This document shows positions 1-10,418 of a DNA stretch of 64,000 nucleotides, in pieces. Origin of the DNA: an uncultured delta proteobacterium (lineage in GTDB: Bacteria; Myxococcota_A; Polyangia; Polyangiales; B10-G4). Made by a program: the position numbers and the translations under genes. How positions within the stretch are numbered: the stretch's first letter is position 1; each line of letters begins with the position of its first letter. Below the pieces are notes generated by a model. The model was not told the origin of the DNA and did no database searches. It saw only the letters and a program-made list of their open reading frames with translations. The stretch spans positions 512,001 to 576,000 of the forward strand of contig CAVSGI010000010.1 in assembly GCA_963727445.1 (NCBI GenBank). The letters are read 5' to 3'.

Positions 1-1044
1 CGCGGCTCCATCGACCTGGGCGTCGCGGGACGGAGCGAGCGCGAGGCCAACGAGCGTGAGAGCGCGTTCTTCTTCGAGAGCCGCGAAAACCCGCTCACGC
101 TGCAGCAGAACCCGGCGCGCGCCTTCAATCAGGTCTTCGCGGGGATCGACACCGGTGCGGGAGTGGACCCGGCTGTGCTCGCGCGACGGCAGCGCAAGAA
201 GAGCGTCCTCGACGCGGTGCGGGGCAGCTTCCTGGAGCTGCGCTCGGGCCTCGGCCCCGAGGATCAGCGGGTCCTCGACGAGCACGCGGCGCGGATTCGG
301 CAGATCGAGGTGAACATCGAGCGCGTCGCCTGCGCGCCGCCGATGGGCATCCCGGGTGTCGACGGTGGCACCGCTGCCGCCTTCGATCCCTTCCTCGACA
401 TGCCGATGGCCCAACTGGCGCCCTTCATGAACCAGATCATGGCGTCAGCGATGGGCTGTGGCCTCGCGCCGGTGGGACGCATCGAGTTCACCGAGCAGCA
501 CAATCCCCTCTTCGGCGTCGCGACCGTGGACGACGAGGTGGCGCGGTGGCGCGCCATCGACAACAGCACGGCCTGGCACAGCATGGTGCACGGCGATCCG
601 AGCCCGGTCGACGGAGTGCCCACGCGCCCCGGCAGCACCGGCGGTGACTACGCCACGCCGCTCCTCGACGGCTATCGCTTCTTCGTCCAGCAGTTCGCCG
701 ATCTGTTGGCCGCGCTGGACGCGATCCCCGAGGGCGATCCGGGGATGAGCGTCCTCGACCACTCCCTGGTGGTGCTCTCTAGCGATTTCGGCAACGGCAA
801 CGGCCACAGCGCGAACAAGATGAACTTCATCCTGGCGGGCAACACCGGGCCGAACGGCCGGCGCGGCTGGCACGTGGACTGCGGCCCGGGATACGGCTTC
901 TACACCGAGTCCGACTACAACACGAACCAGCTCCTCACGAGCATCATCGCCATGATGTGCGTGACCAATCCGGACGGCAGCCCCATCCAGGAGTTCGGTG
1001 TCCAGGGCTTCACCTCTGGCACCATCTCCGGCCTCTTCGTCTAG
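1..1044 (+). CDS. DUF1552-family protein, 5' end outside window
   Basis: Frame open from base 1; NPARAFNQVF, RKKSVLDAV, LDEHAARIRQIE and SDFGNGNGH...FILAG motifs typical of DUF1552. Confidence 0.75.
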   Translation, partial: RGSIDLGVAGRSEREANERESAFFFESRENPLTLQQNPARAFNQVFAGIDTGAGVDPAVLARRQRKKSVLDAVRGSFLELRSGLGPEDQRVLDEHAARIRQIEVNIERVACAPPMGIPGVDGGTAAAFDPFLDMPMAQLAPFMNQIMASAMGCGLAPVGRIEFTEQHNPLFGVATVDDEVARWRAIDNSTAWHSMVHGDPSPVDGVPTRPGSTGGDYATPLLDGYRFFVQQFADLLAALDAIPEGDPGMSVLDHSLVVLSSDFGNGNGHSANKMNFILAGNTGPNGRRGWHVDCGPGYGFYTESDYNTNQLLTSIIAMMCVTNPDGSPIQEFGVQGFTSGTISGLFV

Positions 1045-1198
1045 GCCGGCGAGGCGTGCGTGGGGGTCTCGAGATGGGGCTCTGCAGACGTCCAGCGAGT
1101 GGACAGTCCGGGCGCCACCGGGGCCTGTCGACCGGCGTTTTGGGAGCGAGTTGCGCTCTCGAGTCAGCGCCGACACGACTTAATCGCCCTCTTCTGGG

Positions 1199-1213
1199 CG
1201 GCACGAAAAGTGC
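1199..1213 (+). promoter_or_regulatory. Putative sigma54 -24/-12 promoter
   Basis: CGGCACGAAAAGTGC = GG-N10-GC, just upstream of ATG 1232. Confidence 0.4.
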
Positions 1214-1231
1214 GTGAGACGCGTGCGCGAG

Positions 1232-2566
1232 ATGAAGTACGGGAGCATCAGGAAGGGGACGCTGGCGATGGCGGCATGCCTCGTCGCCCTGACCGGGTGC
1301 CTCGCGGACGAGGACGTCGGCAAGAGCGAAGCGGCGCTGGCCCACCCCGGGCCCTGGGACATCCCGGCCGAGACCGCAGCCATCGGCGACATGTGGTACG
1401 TCGAGAACACCCAGGCCGGCCCCTGGGTGGGGGAGAGTGGCTGCTACGGCGGCATCACCCCTGGCGCCCAGGTCCTCAAGGACTGGCTCCTCGACGCCTT
1501 CCCGCAGATCCGTTCGATCGGCGGCTATTCGTGTCGTCCCATCAACGGCGACTCCTCGACCATGTCGGTGCACGCCACCGGCCGCGCTCTCGACGTGATG
1601 ATCCCCACCGTCGACGGCGATGCCGACAACGACCTCGGCGACCCCATCGGCAACTACCTCATCGAGCACGCCGAGGAGATTGGCATCCAGTACATCATCT
1701 GGGACCTGTGGACCTGGAACGGGTCGCGCGCAGCCGGCAACAAGGAGCGGATGTACGGCGGCGCCCATCCGCACAACGATCACCTCCACGTCGAGCTCTC
1801 CGTCGAGGCGTCCGAGATGGGCACGGCGTTCTTCAGCGGCCCGATGGACCCGCCGAGCCTCGATGGCTGCGATCCCATCCCCGCCACTGGTGGAGAGGTG
1901 GACCAGGGCTCGACCTGCTTCTCGGCCTACGGGCCCGGGGCCTACTGGCGCAACGAGAGCGGGGCGGGCGAGGGCGGCTCGCTGCTCTGGACGAACGCGT
2001 TCGCGAGCGGTTCGCCGAGCAACTGGGCGCGATGGCACCTGAACGTCGAGGAGGCTGGCGAGTACGCCGTCGAGGTCTCGGTCGATCCCGCCTTCGGCGT
2101 GTGGAACGCGACGCGCTACAGCATCTATCACGCGGACACCGAGGATCTGGTCACGGCCGACCAGAGCATGAGTGATGGATGGATCCGCCTCGGCGTCTTC
2201 GACTTCGCCGCGGGCGCCGGCCAGCACGTGAGCCTCTACGACAACTACGACGGCACCGTCCCCGCCGACCAGCACATCGTCGCCGATGCGCTGCGGCTCG
2301 TTCCGACCACGCCCGGCATGGATCCCACCGATCCCGGTGTGGAGCCTACCGATCCCCCGCCGCCCGCCGATCCCCAGCCCACGCCAGGCGGCGACCCTGT
2401 CATCGACGACGATCCGATGACGCCGCCTGACGACCCCGCCTACTACGGACGTGGCGACGGAGAGATCCGCGGCGGCTGCGCCACGACCGGGGGCGCTCCC
2501 TTCGGTCCCGAAGCGCTTCCGTTGCTCGGCATGCTCCTCTTCGTGGCCCGACGTCGACGGCGTTGA
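1232..2566 (+). CDS. Lipoprotein: M15-like zinc peptidase domain + beta-sandwich (golvesin/CBM-like) domain + MYXO-CTERM tail
   Basis: Lipobox LTGC; SVHATGRALD and HNDHLHV zinc-site motifs; IVADALRL; Pro/Asp linker; GGC-hydrophobic-RRRRR C-terminus. Confidence 0.7.
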   Translation: MKYGSIRKGTLAMAACLVALTGCLADEDVGKSEAALAHPGPWDIPAETAAIGDMWYVENTQAGPWVGESGCYGGITPGAQVLKDWLLDAFPQIRSIGGYSCRPINGDSSTMSVHATGRALDVMIPTVDGDADNDLGDPIGNYLIEHAEEIGIQYIIWDLWTWNGSRAAGNKERMYGGAHPHNDHLHVELSVEASEMGTAFFSGPMDPPSLDGCDPIPATGGEVDQGSTCFSAYGPGAYWRNESGAGEGGSLLWTNAFASGSPSNWARWHLNVEEAGEYAVEVSVDPAFGVWNATRYSIYHADTEDLVTADQSMSDGWIRLGVFDFAAGAGQHVSLYDNYDGTVPADQHIVADALRLVPTTPGMDPTDPGVEPTDPPPPADPQPTPGGDPVIDDDPMTPPDDPAYYGRGDGEIRGGCATTGGAPFGPEALPLLGMLLFVARRRRR

Positions 2567-2611
2567 GCGTCACCCGCGCAGCCGGACGTCTCGCTCCGCT
2601 ATCATCGGGGC

Positions 2612-3871
2612 GTGGGTGAGCGAACGAGCGGCGGCCCCAAGCGGCGATGGCGTTTGCGGCGCTTGGTCGGCTGGCTCCTGACGGCGGTGGTGCTGGTGGC
2701 CGCGGGGCTCGGGCTCTCGCTCTGGCTTTCGCCGGAAGGGGTCGAGCGATACGCGGAGTCGCTGCCCATCGCGCGTGCGCTCCTCGAAGAGCCAGACGAG
2801 TCCTGGCCGCCACGTGACGAGGTCTCGTCTACGACGCATCCGGCGTCGAGCGAGGCGCCTCGAATGGATGCGGGCGCGCCGGCGCCGGAAGAAGAAGAGG
2901 AGGTCGAGCACCCGCGCTATCGCGAGGACGGCTCGCCGCTCTTGCCGCTGCCGCGTTCGCGGCCCGGCTTCGTCGTCACCGAGGGCGAGCACGAGGGCAT
3001 CTACTACTTCGAGGCGGTGATCGGCGAGGTCTCTCCCGACGGGCCGCTGCCCACCGTGGTGGTGCTCCACGGCCGCGACGGACGCGCCGAGCCGCCGGGC
3101 GGACCGTTTCACGGCCTCACGCATCCGGTGCGCGTGATCGTGCCCCAGGCCCCCGACCCGCTGCGGCGCGGCTTTCAGTGGATCCCGGTGTACGTGAATC
3201 AGGGCCTGGTCGACGAGCTCGCGGCCACGCTCTTTCGCGCGGCGAGCCGGGTCGCCCATCTCATTCGCGAGATCACCCGGCAGCGGGGCGTGGTGGGCCG
3301 GCCCATCGTGACCGGCTTCTCCCAGGGCGGGATCATGACGATGGCCCTCGCGCTCTATCACGACGACGTCGTCGGCACCGCGTTCCCGATCTCGGGTTGG
3401 CTGCCCCCGCCCCTCGAGCCCGCCTATCGGCGCCCCGATCTCGTCTACCCGCAGATCCGCGCCATGCACGGCTCCGCGGACGACACTGTGCCCATCGATC
3501 CCACCATCGCGCTCTTCGGTCGCCTCGAAGCGATGGGCTTCGACGCCGAGCTCGACGTGATCGAGGGGGTCGCCCACACCACCACCGCGCAGATGAACGA
3601 CGTCTTCCACGAGTGGCTCGAGGGCGCGGTCTGCCGCACGGTGGGCGATCTCGAATGCGCCATGAACGCCGACATCCGCGCGGCCGAGATGCTGGGCAAG
3701 CCCGTGGACGCGGGGCTCGTGGCGGGCGATGCGTACGCGCGGGATGCGTACGCGCGGGATGCGGATGCGGGGGATGCGGACGCGGGGGATGCGGACGCGG
3801 GGGATGCGGACGCGGGGGATGCGGACGCGGGGACGGACACGGGCATGGGCGCTCCTCACTCCATCGACTGA
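2612..3871 (+). CDS. Membrane-anchored phospholipase/carboxylesterase (alpha/beta hydrolase)
   Basis: N-terminal TM segment; LHG, GFSQGG nucleophile motif, HGSADDTVP, VAH. Confidence 0.8.
   Translation: MGERTSGGPKRRWRLRRLVGWLLTAVVLVAAGLGLSLWLSPEGVERYAESLPIARALLEEPDESWPPRDEVSSTTHPASSEAPRMDAGAPAPEEEEEVEHPRYREDGSPLLPLPRSRPGFVVTEGEHEGIYYFEAVIGEVSPDGPLPTVVVLHGRDGRAEPPGGPFHGLTHPVRVIVPQAPDPLRRGFQWIPVYVNQGLVDELAATLFRAASRVAHLIREITRQRGVVGRPIVTGFSQGGIMTMALALYHDDVVGTAFPISGWLPPPLEPAYRRPDLVYPQIRAMHGSADDTVPIDPTIALFGRLEAMGFDAELDVIEGVAHTTTAQMNDVFHEWLEGAVCRTVGDLECAMNADIRAAEMLGKPVDAGLVAGDAYARDAYARDADAGDADAGDADAGDADAGDADAGTDTGMGAPHSID
3728..3832 (+). repeat. 7 x 15-bp coding tandem repeat (DAYAR/DADAG)
   Basis: gatgcgtacgcgcgg x2, then gatgcggaYgcgggg x5. 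Confidence 0.9.
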
Positions 3872-6336
3872 CCCTCCACCACGGTGGCTGGCTCGGGGAC
3901 GGGGAGGCTGGTGGCGTCGAGGTTGGTGCCGTTGTCGCTGAAGCGCACGCGGTCGTTCAAGCGGCTGAAGTCGTAGCCGTCGACCTGGATGTTGGCGCCG
4001 ATGGGCGAGCCGCGGATCTCACCTTCGTGCAGGTCCATCATCCCATCGAAGGCGAGCTGAACGCCGGCGAGGAGGTTTCCGTCGACTTCGAAGCGCTCGG
4101 CGGTGACGTGGGAGCCGCGGTAGGCGGCCAGGCCGATGCCGCCCCGCATGCACATCGGCTCGGCGCACTCGGCCTCGCGCGTGCGAAGGACCGAGACGTC
4201 GTGGAGCTCGACCGTCGCGTTCTCGGTGGCCGTGACCCCGGTGGTGCGGTTGTTCTCGAGGTGCATTCGCGTGAGTCGAACCTGCGCTGGACCGATGGCC
4301 ATCACGCCGTAGCCGTTTCCCCACGTGGCGCCGTCGTTCTCGGTGTCCTCGATGGTGCCATCGTGGATCTCGAGGTCGCCCTGGAACACAGCGACGCCGG
4401 ACTCGTGGGCGTCGAAGACGTGCAGCCAATCCACCGTCACCTCGGCGCCGAGCTGGGACTCGAGGGCCCGGCCGAGCAAGGAGCCGAGATAGTCTTCGGG
4501 CGATGCGGTGTGGTGCAGGGTGTGGGCGATGGTGATGTCGGAGAGACGACCGCGCACCCCCTCGCCGGTGAAGACGACGCCCCAGCCGTGCGACTCCTCG
4601 ACGTGGACGCGCGACAGGTCCACCGAGCCGGTCTCCTGCACGTGAATCGCGAGCCCCATCCCCACGAGCTCCCCGCCGGTGGCCCCGTCCGTGCGGAGGA
4701 CCGTGAGATCGGTGCCGGCGATGGATGCCTCGGAGCCGGCCACGAAGAGACCGTCGGCGAGCGCGTCCGAGACCAGCAGCCGCTCGATGCCCACCTGCGC
4801 TCCGACCTGGGCCACGAGGCCTCGACCGACGTGACCTCGAACGGCGACCCGCGTATCGGCGATGGTGACGTCGGTGAGCTGCATCCGAGCGGCGGGATCG
4901 GAGGCGATCACGGCCTGGGTCCGCGCGCCCCGAACGAGCGCGCGCCGAATGGCGACCTTGGACGAGGCGCAGGCGAGGGCCACCCCCGATTCCACTGGAC
5001 CTTCGTCCGTGACGTCGAGGACGAAGAGATCTTCGAGGTAGGCGGTGGAGAGAAAGAACCGCAGCCCGACGGTGCGGGAGGCCTCGACCGACAGGCCGTG
5101 GGCTTCGAGGTGCGCCCCTTCGGTGACCCGGAGGCCGTCGCTCGTGGCATCGACGGGACGGCCGCGACCGATTCCCTCCACCAAGACGCTGTCGAGCAGG
5201 ACTTCCGTGCCGTCGTCCGACGCGTCCAGCCCGTAGGCCCCACATTCCTGCGCGTGCACCCGCGTGGCGGTGAGGCTCGCGCCACCCCCGGCGCGCAGGC
5301 AGGTGCTCGCCGGGGCATCAGCGCCTGCGTCCAGGATCGCCGCATCCGTCAGCGTCACGGTGGTCCCGGCGCCCTCTGCTCGGATGCCCACGCCGCGTAC
5401 CTGCGCCAACACGAGCTCCGAGAGCGCGGCGCTCCCGCCCTCCTCGATGGAGATCGCTTCGGACATCGGAGCGTCGATCAAGGCGCTCTCGAGCGTGAGG
5501 GCGCCACCGACGACGCGCAGAGGGCTCGCCTCGGCGTGGAGGTCGGTGCCATGAACGCTTCCGGTGGACGCGACCGTCACGCCGCCGTTCGTCATCCGCA
5601 CTGCGTCGAGGGTCAGGTCGCCGTTCACGGCGATCGGGCCTCGGAGCTCCGAGGCGCGGATCGTCGCCGAGGCGCCGGCGGCCAGCTCCAGGAGGTCCGT
5701 GGCGGTCGGGCCGAGGAGCGTCACCCCAGCGATGGTCGTGCCCGACGCGAGCTGTATCGGTGCGGCGCCGGAGAAGGTGATCTGGACGCTGCTTGCGCAC
5801 GCGCCGCGCAGGGAGACCCCGGCGGGCAGCGCGCTGGCGAGATCGTAATCGCCGCTGGCGAGGGCGAGGGTCGCGCCGGGCGCGGCCGCTGCGAGCGCAG
5901 AGGAGAGGGTGCCGAAGGGGCTCGCCCGCGAGCCGGTGCCGCCGCTGGCGCCGGATCGAACGAAGACCACGCCCGCGCCGGGCAGGTCGGCTGCGAACGC
6001 ATCGGTGGCGGGGCAGCTCTCGATGGGCGCGCACGCCGCGCCGGGCAGGAGCAGACTTCCCGCCGGGCAGCTCGGTGCTCCGTCGACGCGGGGCGTGCAT
6101 GCGGTCGCGCCATCTGCGCGGACGGGATCGCGCGCCGTCCATCCACTCGGGCAGGGCAGGAGCGAGACGGGGGAGGGCGCGGCCGGCATCTCGGGGGCGG
6201 CGGGGAGCATCGGCGCCTCGATCACCACATCGCTTGGCGTCCCGCCGTCGTCGCCGGCGGGCGCTTCCATTTCTCCATCGCAGCCGAGCGACAACGCCGC
6301 GACGAAGAGCGTGAACCGAACCCCGTAGCTCACCAT
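3856..6336 (-). CDS. Large lipoprotein with right-handed parallel beta-helix repeats
   Basis: Lipobox SLGC after Met 6336; GTGSRASPFGTLSSALAAA...TLALASGDY entry motif followed by beta-helix-like repeats. Confidence 0.7.
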   Translation of the reverse strand: MVSYGVRFTLFVAALSLGCDGEMEAPAGDDGGTPSDVVIEAPMLPAAPEMPAAPSPVSLLPCPSGWTARDPVRADGATACTPRVDGAPSCPAGSLLLPGAACAPIESCPATDAFAADLPGAGVVFVRSGASGGTGSRASPFGTLSSALAAAAPGATLALASGDYDLASALPAGVSLRGACASSVQITFSGAAPIQLASGTTIAGVTLLGPTATDLLELAAGASATIRASELRGPIAVNGDLTLDAVRMTNGGVTVASTGSVHGTDLHAEASPLRVVGGALTLESALIDAPMSEAISIEEGGSAALSELVLAQVRGVGIRAEGAGTTVTLTDAAILDAGADAPASTCLRAGGGASLTATRVHAQECGAYGLDASDDGTEVLLDSVLVEGIGRGRPVDATSDGLRVTEGAHLEAHGLSVEASRTVGLRFFLSTAYLEDLFVLDVTDEGPVESGVALACASSKVAIRRALVRGARTQAVIASDPAARMQLTDVTIADTRVAVRGHVGRGLVAQVGAQVGIERLLVSDALADGLFVAGSEASIAGTDLTVLRTDGATGGELVGMGLAIHVQETGSVDLSRVHVEESHGWGVVFTGEGVRGRLSDITIAHTLHHTASPEDYLGSLLGRALESQLGAEVTVDWLHVFDAHESGVAVFQGDLEIHDGTIEDTENDGATWGNGYGVMAIGPAQVRLTRMHLENNRTTGVTATENATVELHDVSVLRTREAECAEPMCMRGGIGLAAYRGSHVTAERFEVDGNLLAGVQLAFDGMMDLHEGEIRGSPIGANIQVDGYDFSRLNDRVRFSDNGTNLDATSLPVPEPATVVEGQSME

Positions 6337-6358
6337 CTCAGCATCCCACGTCTGCGGC

Positions 6359-7411
6359 GTGCGTAGGGTGGAGAAATTGCGCCGCGTCGGATACGTTGGA
6401 TCCGTGCGGTCCTCGATCGCGATGGCGATGGTCACGCTCCTCGCCTGTGGCTCGTCCGGCGAATCACCTGACGCGACGATGCCCGACGGCGCCCTCGACG
6501 CAGGTCTCGATGCGAGCGTGACGCCCGTCGACGTGGGGACGCGCTACGACGGAGACGCGCCTCCGCGCGCCGGCTTTTGCGATGCGCCGGATCCGAGGGT
6601 CGTGACGGATCTTCCCGCCACCGTGACGGTGGACACCCGCCTCGTCGACACCGATCACGCGCGACCGTCTCTCGCTTGTACCTCTGCCAGCGACGTCGTG
6701 TCGGCGGACGCGGTCTTCGCGATCGATGCACCCTCGGCCGGGATCGTCACGATGCGAACGGACGCCGCAGGCACCGACCCCTGGGTGGACGCGGTCCTCT
6801 ACGCCCGCGACGGCTGCGCCGGCGACGGGATGGAGCTCGGCTGCGTCGACGGATCGGCACCGCGGCTGGTGGTGGAGGTGGCGGACGCGGGGCGGGTCTA
6901 CGCCGTCCTCGACGGCTTTTCCGCGGTGGATCGGGGCGTGGTGGAGGTGACCGTCGACTTCGTTCCCGTTCCCCCGCTCACCCCCGCCGGCAGCGATCTC
7001 TGCGCCGACGCCCGGGAGATGACGTTCTCCGGCACCGGTGACACGCGGATCGCGCGGGCCGAGGGAGACACCACCGGCCTCACCAGCGACGACGGCTGCG
7101 ACGACGTGCCCTCTACGCGCGACCTGCCAGATCAGTTCTACGCGTTCACCCTCGACGAAGCGCGGGACGTCGCGATCACGCTCACACCCGTCGGGTTTCA
7201 CGACGAAGCGTTCTACGTCCTGTCCGATTGCGGAGCGACGGACGCGGCGGCCTGCGTGGACATGGGCCCACCCGGCTATGCCGAGTCCGCGTTTCTCGAA
7301 GCGCTCCCCGCGGGGCGGTACGTCCTCGGGGTCGACGCCTTCGCGCACCCCGGCAGCCCCGAGCAGGAGAGCGGACCCTATACCCTCGAGGTCGTGGCGA
7401 CGCGGCCGTAG
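6359..7411 (+). CDS. Lipoprotein with two Cys-containing beta-sandwich (PPC-like) repeats
   Basis: LLACG lipobox; duplicated D-x-x-Y/F...LY...C...CVD...Y-x-x-x-D...G-x-Y/V pattern; exact start uncertain. Confidence 0.6.
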   Translation: MRRVEKLRRVGYVGSVRSSIAMAMVTLLACGSSGESPDATMPDGALDAGLDASVTPVDVGTRYDGDAPPRAGFCDAPDPRVVTDLPATVTVDTRLVDTDHARPSLACTSASDVVSADAVFAIDAPSAGIVTMRTDAAGTDPWVDAVLYARDGCAGDGMELGCVDGSAPRLVVEVADAGRVYAVLDGFSAVDRGVVEVTVDFVPVPPLTPAGSDLCADAREMTFSGTGDTRIARAEGDTTGLTSDDGCDDVPSTRDLPDQFYAFTLDEARDVAITLTPVGFHDEAFYVLSDCGATDAAACVDMGPPGYAESAFLEALPAGRYVLGVDAFAHPGSPEQESGPYTLEVVATRP

Positions 7412-7532
7412 CGGTCTCTTGTCCCGGCCACTGAACTCGCCACCTGCGAGCTCCCTGCCCAGAAACCCGCAGCTTTCGCCGGAATTTCTGCCGGCATGTC
7501 TCGTGAAAGGAGCGAGGGCTGGGAGAAATCAG

Positions 7533-9089
7533 ATGCGCCGTCATGTCACGATCCTCGTCGCCCTCGCCCTCTCGGGCGCCCTCGGCTGTGCCGCGAACAC
7601 CAGCGGTGACCCGACGGCCCAGCTCGTCCCGGCCGGAAAGGCCGACGACTACTACTCCAACGTCGCCACGGAGTTCGAGCTCAGGGGGCAGATTGCGGTC
7701 GCGCTCACGGAGGAGGAGCAGGCCGACGAGCAGCTGCGAAAGGAGCGGGTGTCGCGGCGGCTGACCGCGGTCGGCCTCTACCTGACGGGCTATCTGACCG
7801 CGAAGTTCCACGGCATCGACGAGAACGGCGATGGAGAGATCACCGAGGACGAGGTCTTCTTCCACAACGAGAACTGGGGCGGCTTCCAGGCGATGGTCCG
7901 CAACTACTCCCTCGAGGAGACCGAGGAGGGGGCTTTGGACGCGGGAACCTTCGTCGCGGGGTACACCGTCGACGTCGCCGGCCCCCCCGACATGCTCTCC
8001 CTCATCCCCGACGCCGAGCAGACGGCCGAAGGGGTGAGCTTCTCCTTCCAGATGCCCAAGAACGCCGAGGTCGATCCGGGCAACGTGCCGCGCGGCACGT
8101 TCCGCAGCTTCGACCCCGCGGCGTACGGCGGAGAGCTCGAGACCGTGACCCTCACCGGGCGCGCGCAGCCGACGATCGGCAACGCCTACCCGCAGTACGC
8201 CGCCTTCGTCGCCGACGGCGTGTACGACATCACGCTCTTTCAGGGTCACGACTACAACACGGCCCGCTCGGATCTCGCCCTGTCCCGCGAGGCCTTCGAC
8301 AAGCTCGATGGGCTCGGCTTCAGGGCGCCCGTCGCCACCTTCGACGACCTCACCGCCGACAGCGGCCCCTTCGTCCTGGACACCGAGTTCCGTGGCGAGC
8401 CCGTTCGGGTCGAGGTTCGCATCTTCCACTCGGACATGTTCGAGGGCCGCCGCCAGGAGCAGCACGACCTCGCGCTGTCGGAGATCGTCTCCCGCGACGT
8501 CTTCTTCTACAACGGCCACGCGGGGCCCTACTTCGGCTTCTATCTGGACGAGGCCTACGAGGCGACCGTGAACTACTGGGAGTTCGCCGAGGCGCCCTTC
8601 GACGCAGATCGACAGCAGCTCTTCGTCGCCCAGGGTTGCCAGACCTACTCGCAGTACGCCGACATGCTCTACGCCAATCCGGCCAAGAACGAGTCGAACC
8701 TCGACGCGATCACCACCGTCAACTACTCGTACGGCCAGGGCACGCTGCGCCTCCTCGACAGCCTCCTGTGGCTCGAGCGGCCGTCGGACTTCTACGCCAT
8801 CATCCGCACCCTCAACGGCGATTTCACCAACGACTATCACGACGTCTTCTACGGTGTGATGGGCATCGACGACAATCCGTCGCTGCACCCCCTCGCCGAC
8901 CTCGACACGGTGGGCTCGGCCTGCACCGCCGACGCGGACTGCGGCGATCCCCTCGGCAACGCCTGCGTCGCCACGACCACCGGCGAGCACCAGTGCGCCG
9001 TGCGCACCGTCGCTGACGTCTGCCCCGAGGGAACACACGCCGGACAGATCGCCGAGGGCGACACGATCCAGGGGCGCGTCTGCTACTGA
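7533..9089 (+). CDS. Uncharacterised lipoprotein (GKAD motif, Cys-rich C-terminus)
   Basis: GGAG RBS before ATG 7533; lipobox ALGC; GKADD; FFYNGHAG...QGCQTY motif; CTADADC tail. Confidence 0.75.
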   Translation: MRRHVTILVALALSGALGCAANTSGDPTAQLVPAGKADDYYSNVATEFELRGQIAVALTEEEQADEQLRKERVSRRLTAVGLYLTGYLTAKFHGIDENGDGEITEDEVFFHNENWGGFQAMVRNYSLEETEEGALDAGTFVAGYTVDVAGPPDMLSLIPDAEQTAEGVSFSFQMPKNAEVDPGNVPRGTFRSFDPAAYGGELETVTLTGRAQPTIGNAYPQYAAFVADGVYDITLFQGHDYNTARSDLALSREAFDKLDGLGFRAPVATFDDLTADSGPFVLDTEFRGEPVRVEVRIFHSDMFEGRRQEQHDLALSEIVSRDVFFYNGHAGPYFGFYLDEAYEATVNYWEFAEAPFDADRQQLFVAQGCQTYSQYADMLYANPAKNESNLDAITTVNYSYGQGTLRLLDSLLWLERPSDFYAIIRTLNGDFTNDYHDVFYGVMGIDDNPSLHPLADLDTVGSACTADADCGDPLGNACVATTTGEHQCAVRTVADVCPEGTHAGQIAEGDTIQGRVCY

Positions 9090-9101
9090 TATCCTCGTCC
9101 C

Positions 9102-10399
9102 ATGGCTGATGCGAAGACCGCCGCCGTGCCCGTGACGGCGGCGCTTCCATGGGCAACCTTCGCGCCCATCCTCGCGATCCAGTTTCTCGGGACCCTGGGG
9201 TTCTCCCTGGCCTTTCCGTTCTTGGTGTTCATCGTCACCGACCTGGGTGGGGCGAGCTGGACCTATGGTCTGGTGGGCGCGACCTATTCGGCGTTTCAGC
9301 TGGTGGGCGCGCCGGTCCTCGGGCGCTGGTCGGATCGCACGGGCCGGCGGCCGGTCCTGGTCGCGAGTCAGGTCGGCACCCTGGCGGCGTGGATCCTCTT
9401 TCTCGTCGCGCTCTCCCTGCCGCTCGTCGGTATCGTCGAGGTCGGCGGCGCGACGCTGACCGTGCCGCTGATCCTCGTCTTCGTCGCGCGCGCCCTCGAC
9501 GGTGCGACCGGGGGCAACATCTCCGTCGCCAACGCGTACGTGGCGGACATCACGCGCGAGCTCCCGGAGGTGCGGCAGATCGCCTTCGGTCGCATGGGCA
9601 TGGCGGCGAACCTGGGTTTCGTGCTGGGGCCGGCAGCGGCGGGGATCCTGGGCGCGACGCGCTGGGGGCCGCGCCTGCCCATCGCGGTCGCCGCGGCTTT
9701 CGCCGCCGTCACCACCCTGGCGATCGTGTTCCTCTGCGAGAGCCTTCCGGCCGCTGCCCCGAAGGACCGCCCGGTCCGAGCACCCTCGAATCGTGCCTCG
9801 GCCAGCAGGCCAAGCCCCATGACAAGCGGCCGGACAAGCGCGTCATCCGCGAGGGCTTGAAGCGCCGGCCGGTCGCGGTGGTGTTGATGGCGACGTTCAT
9901 CCTCTTCCTCGCCTTCAACTTCTTCTACGCCGGCTTCCCCGTGCACGCGGCGAGCGTCTACGGCTGGAACACGGGCGAGCTCGGCGTCTTCTTCGCGATC
10001 CTCTCGGGGCTGATGGTCTTCGCGCAGGGGCCGCTGCTCTCCTTCGCCTCCGCGCGCCTCGGTCGCCGGCCTCTCTTCGCCATCGGCGTGGGCTTTCTCG
10101 TCCTGTCGCTCGCCAGCTATCCGCTCGGCGTCAGCTGGGTTGCCTACGTCGGGGCGGCGTGCTTCGCGATCGGCAACGGCCTGTCCTGGCCCACGTTCCA
10201 AGCGCGCGTGGCCGAGGTCGCGGGGGATGAACAGGGCTCGGTCCAGGGCGCCGTGACAAGCGTGAGCAGCCTGGCGAGCATCGGCGGCCTGGTCCTCGGC
10301 GCCTCGCTCTATCCGCTCGTCGGCGGCAACCTCTTCTTCATCGCCGCGGCGCTCTTCGGCGTGGTGATGCTCCTGACACCGAAGTGGTTTCCCACCTGA
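9102..10399 (+). CDS. MFS transporter (TetA/DHA1-like), split by a -1 frameshift near 9730
   Basis: GRWSDRTGRRPV motif A, RALDGATGG and GFVLGP in first frame; the C-terminal TM half continues in the 9149 frame from LREPSGRC. Confidence 0.8.
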
Positions 10400-10418
10400 G
10401 CGTGGTCTGGGCCGCCTC

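Noticed and set aside
3178..6366. 1062-aa plus-strand ORF
   Set aside because: Antisense shadow of the beta-helix lipoprotein, expected from high-GC codon bias
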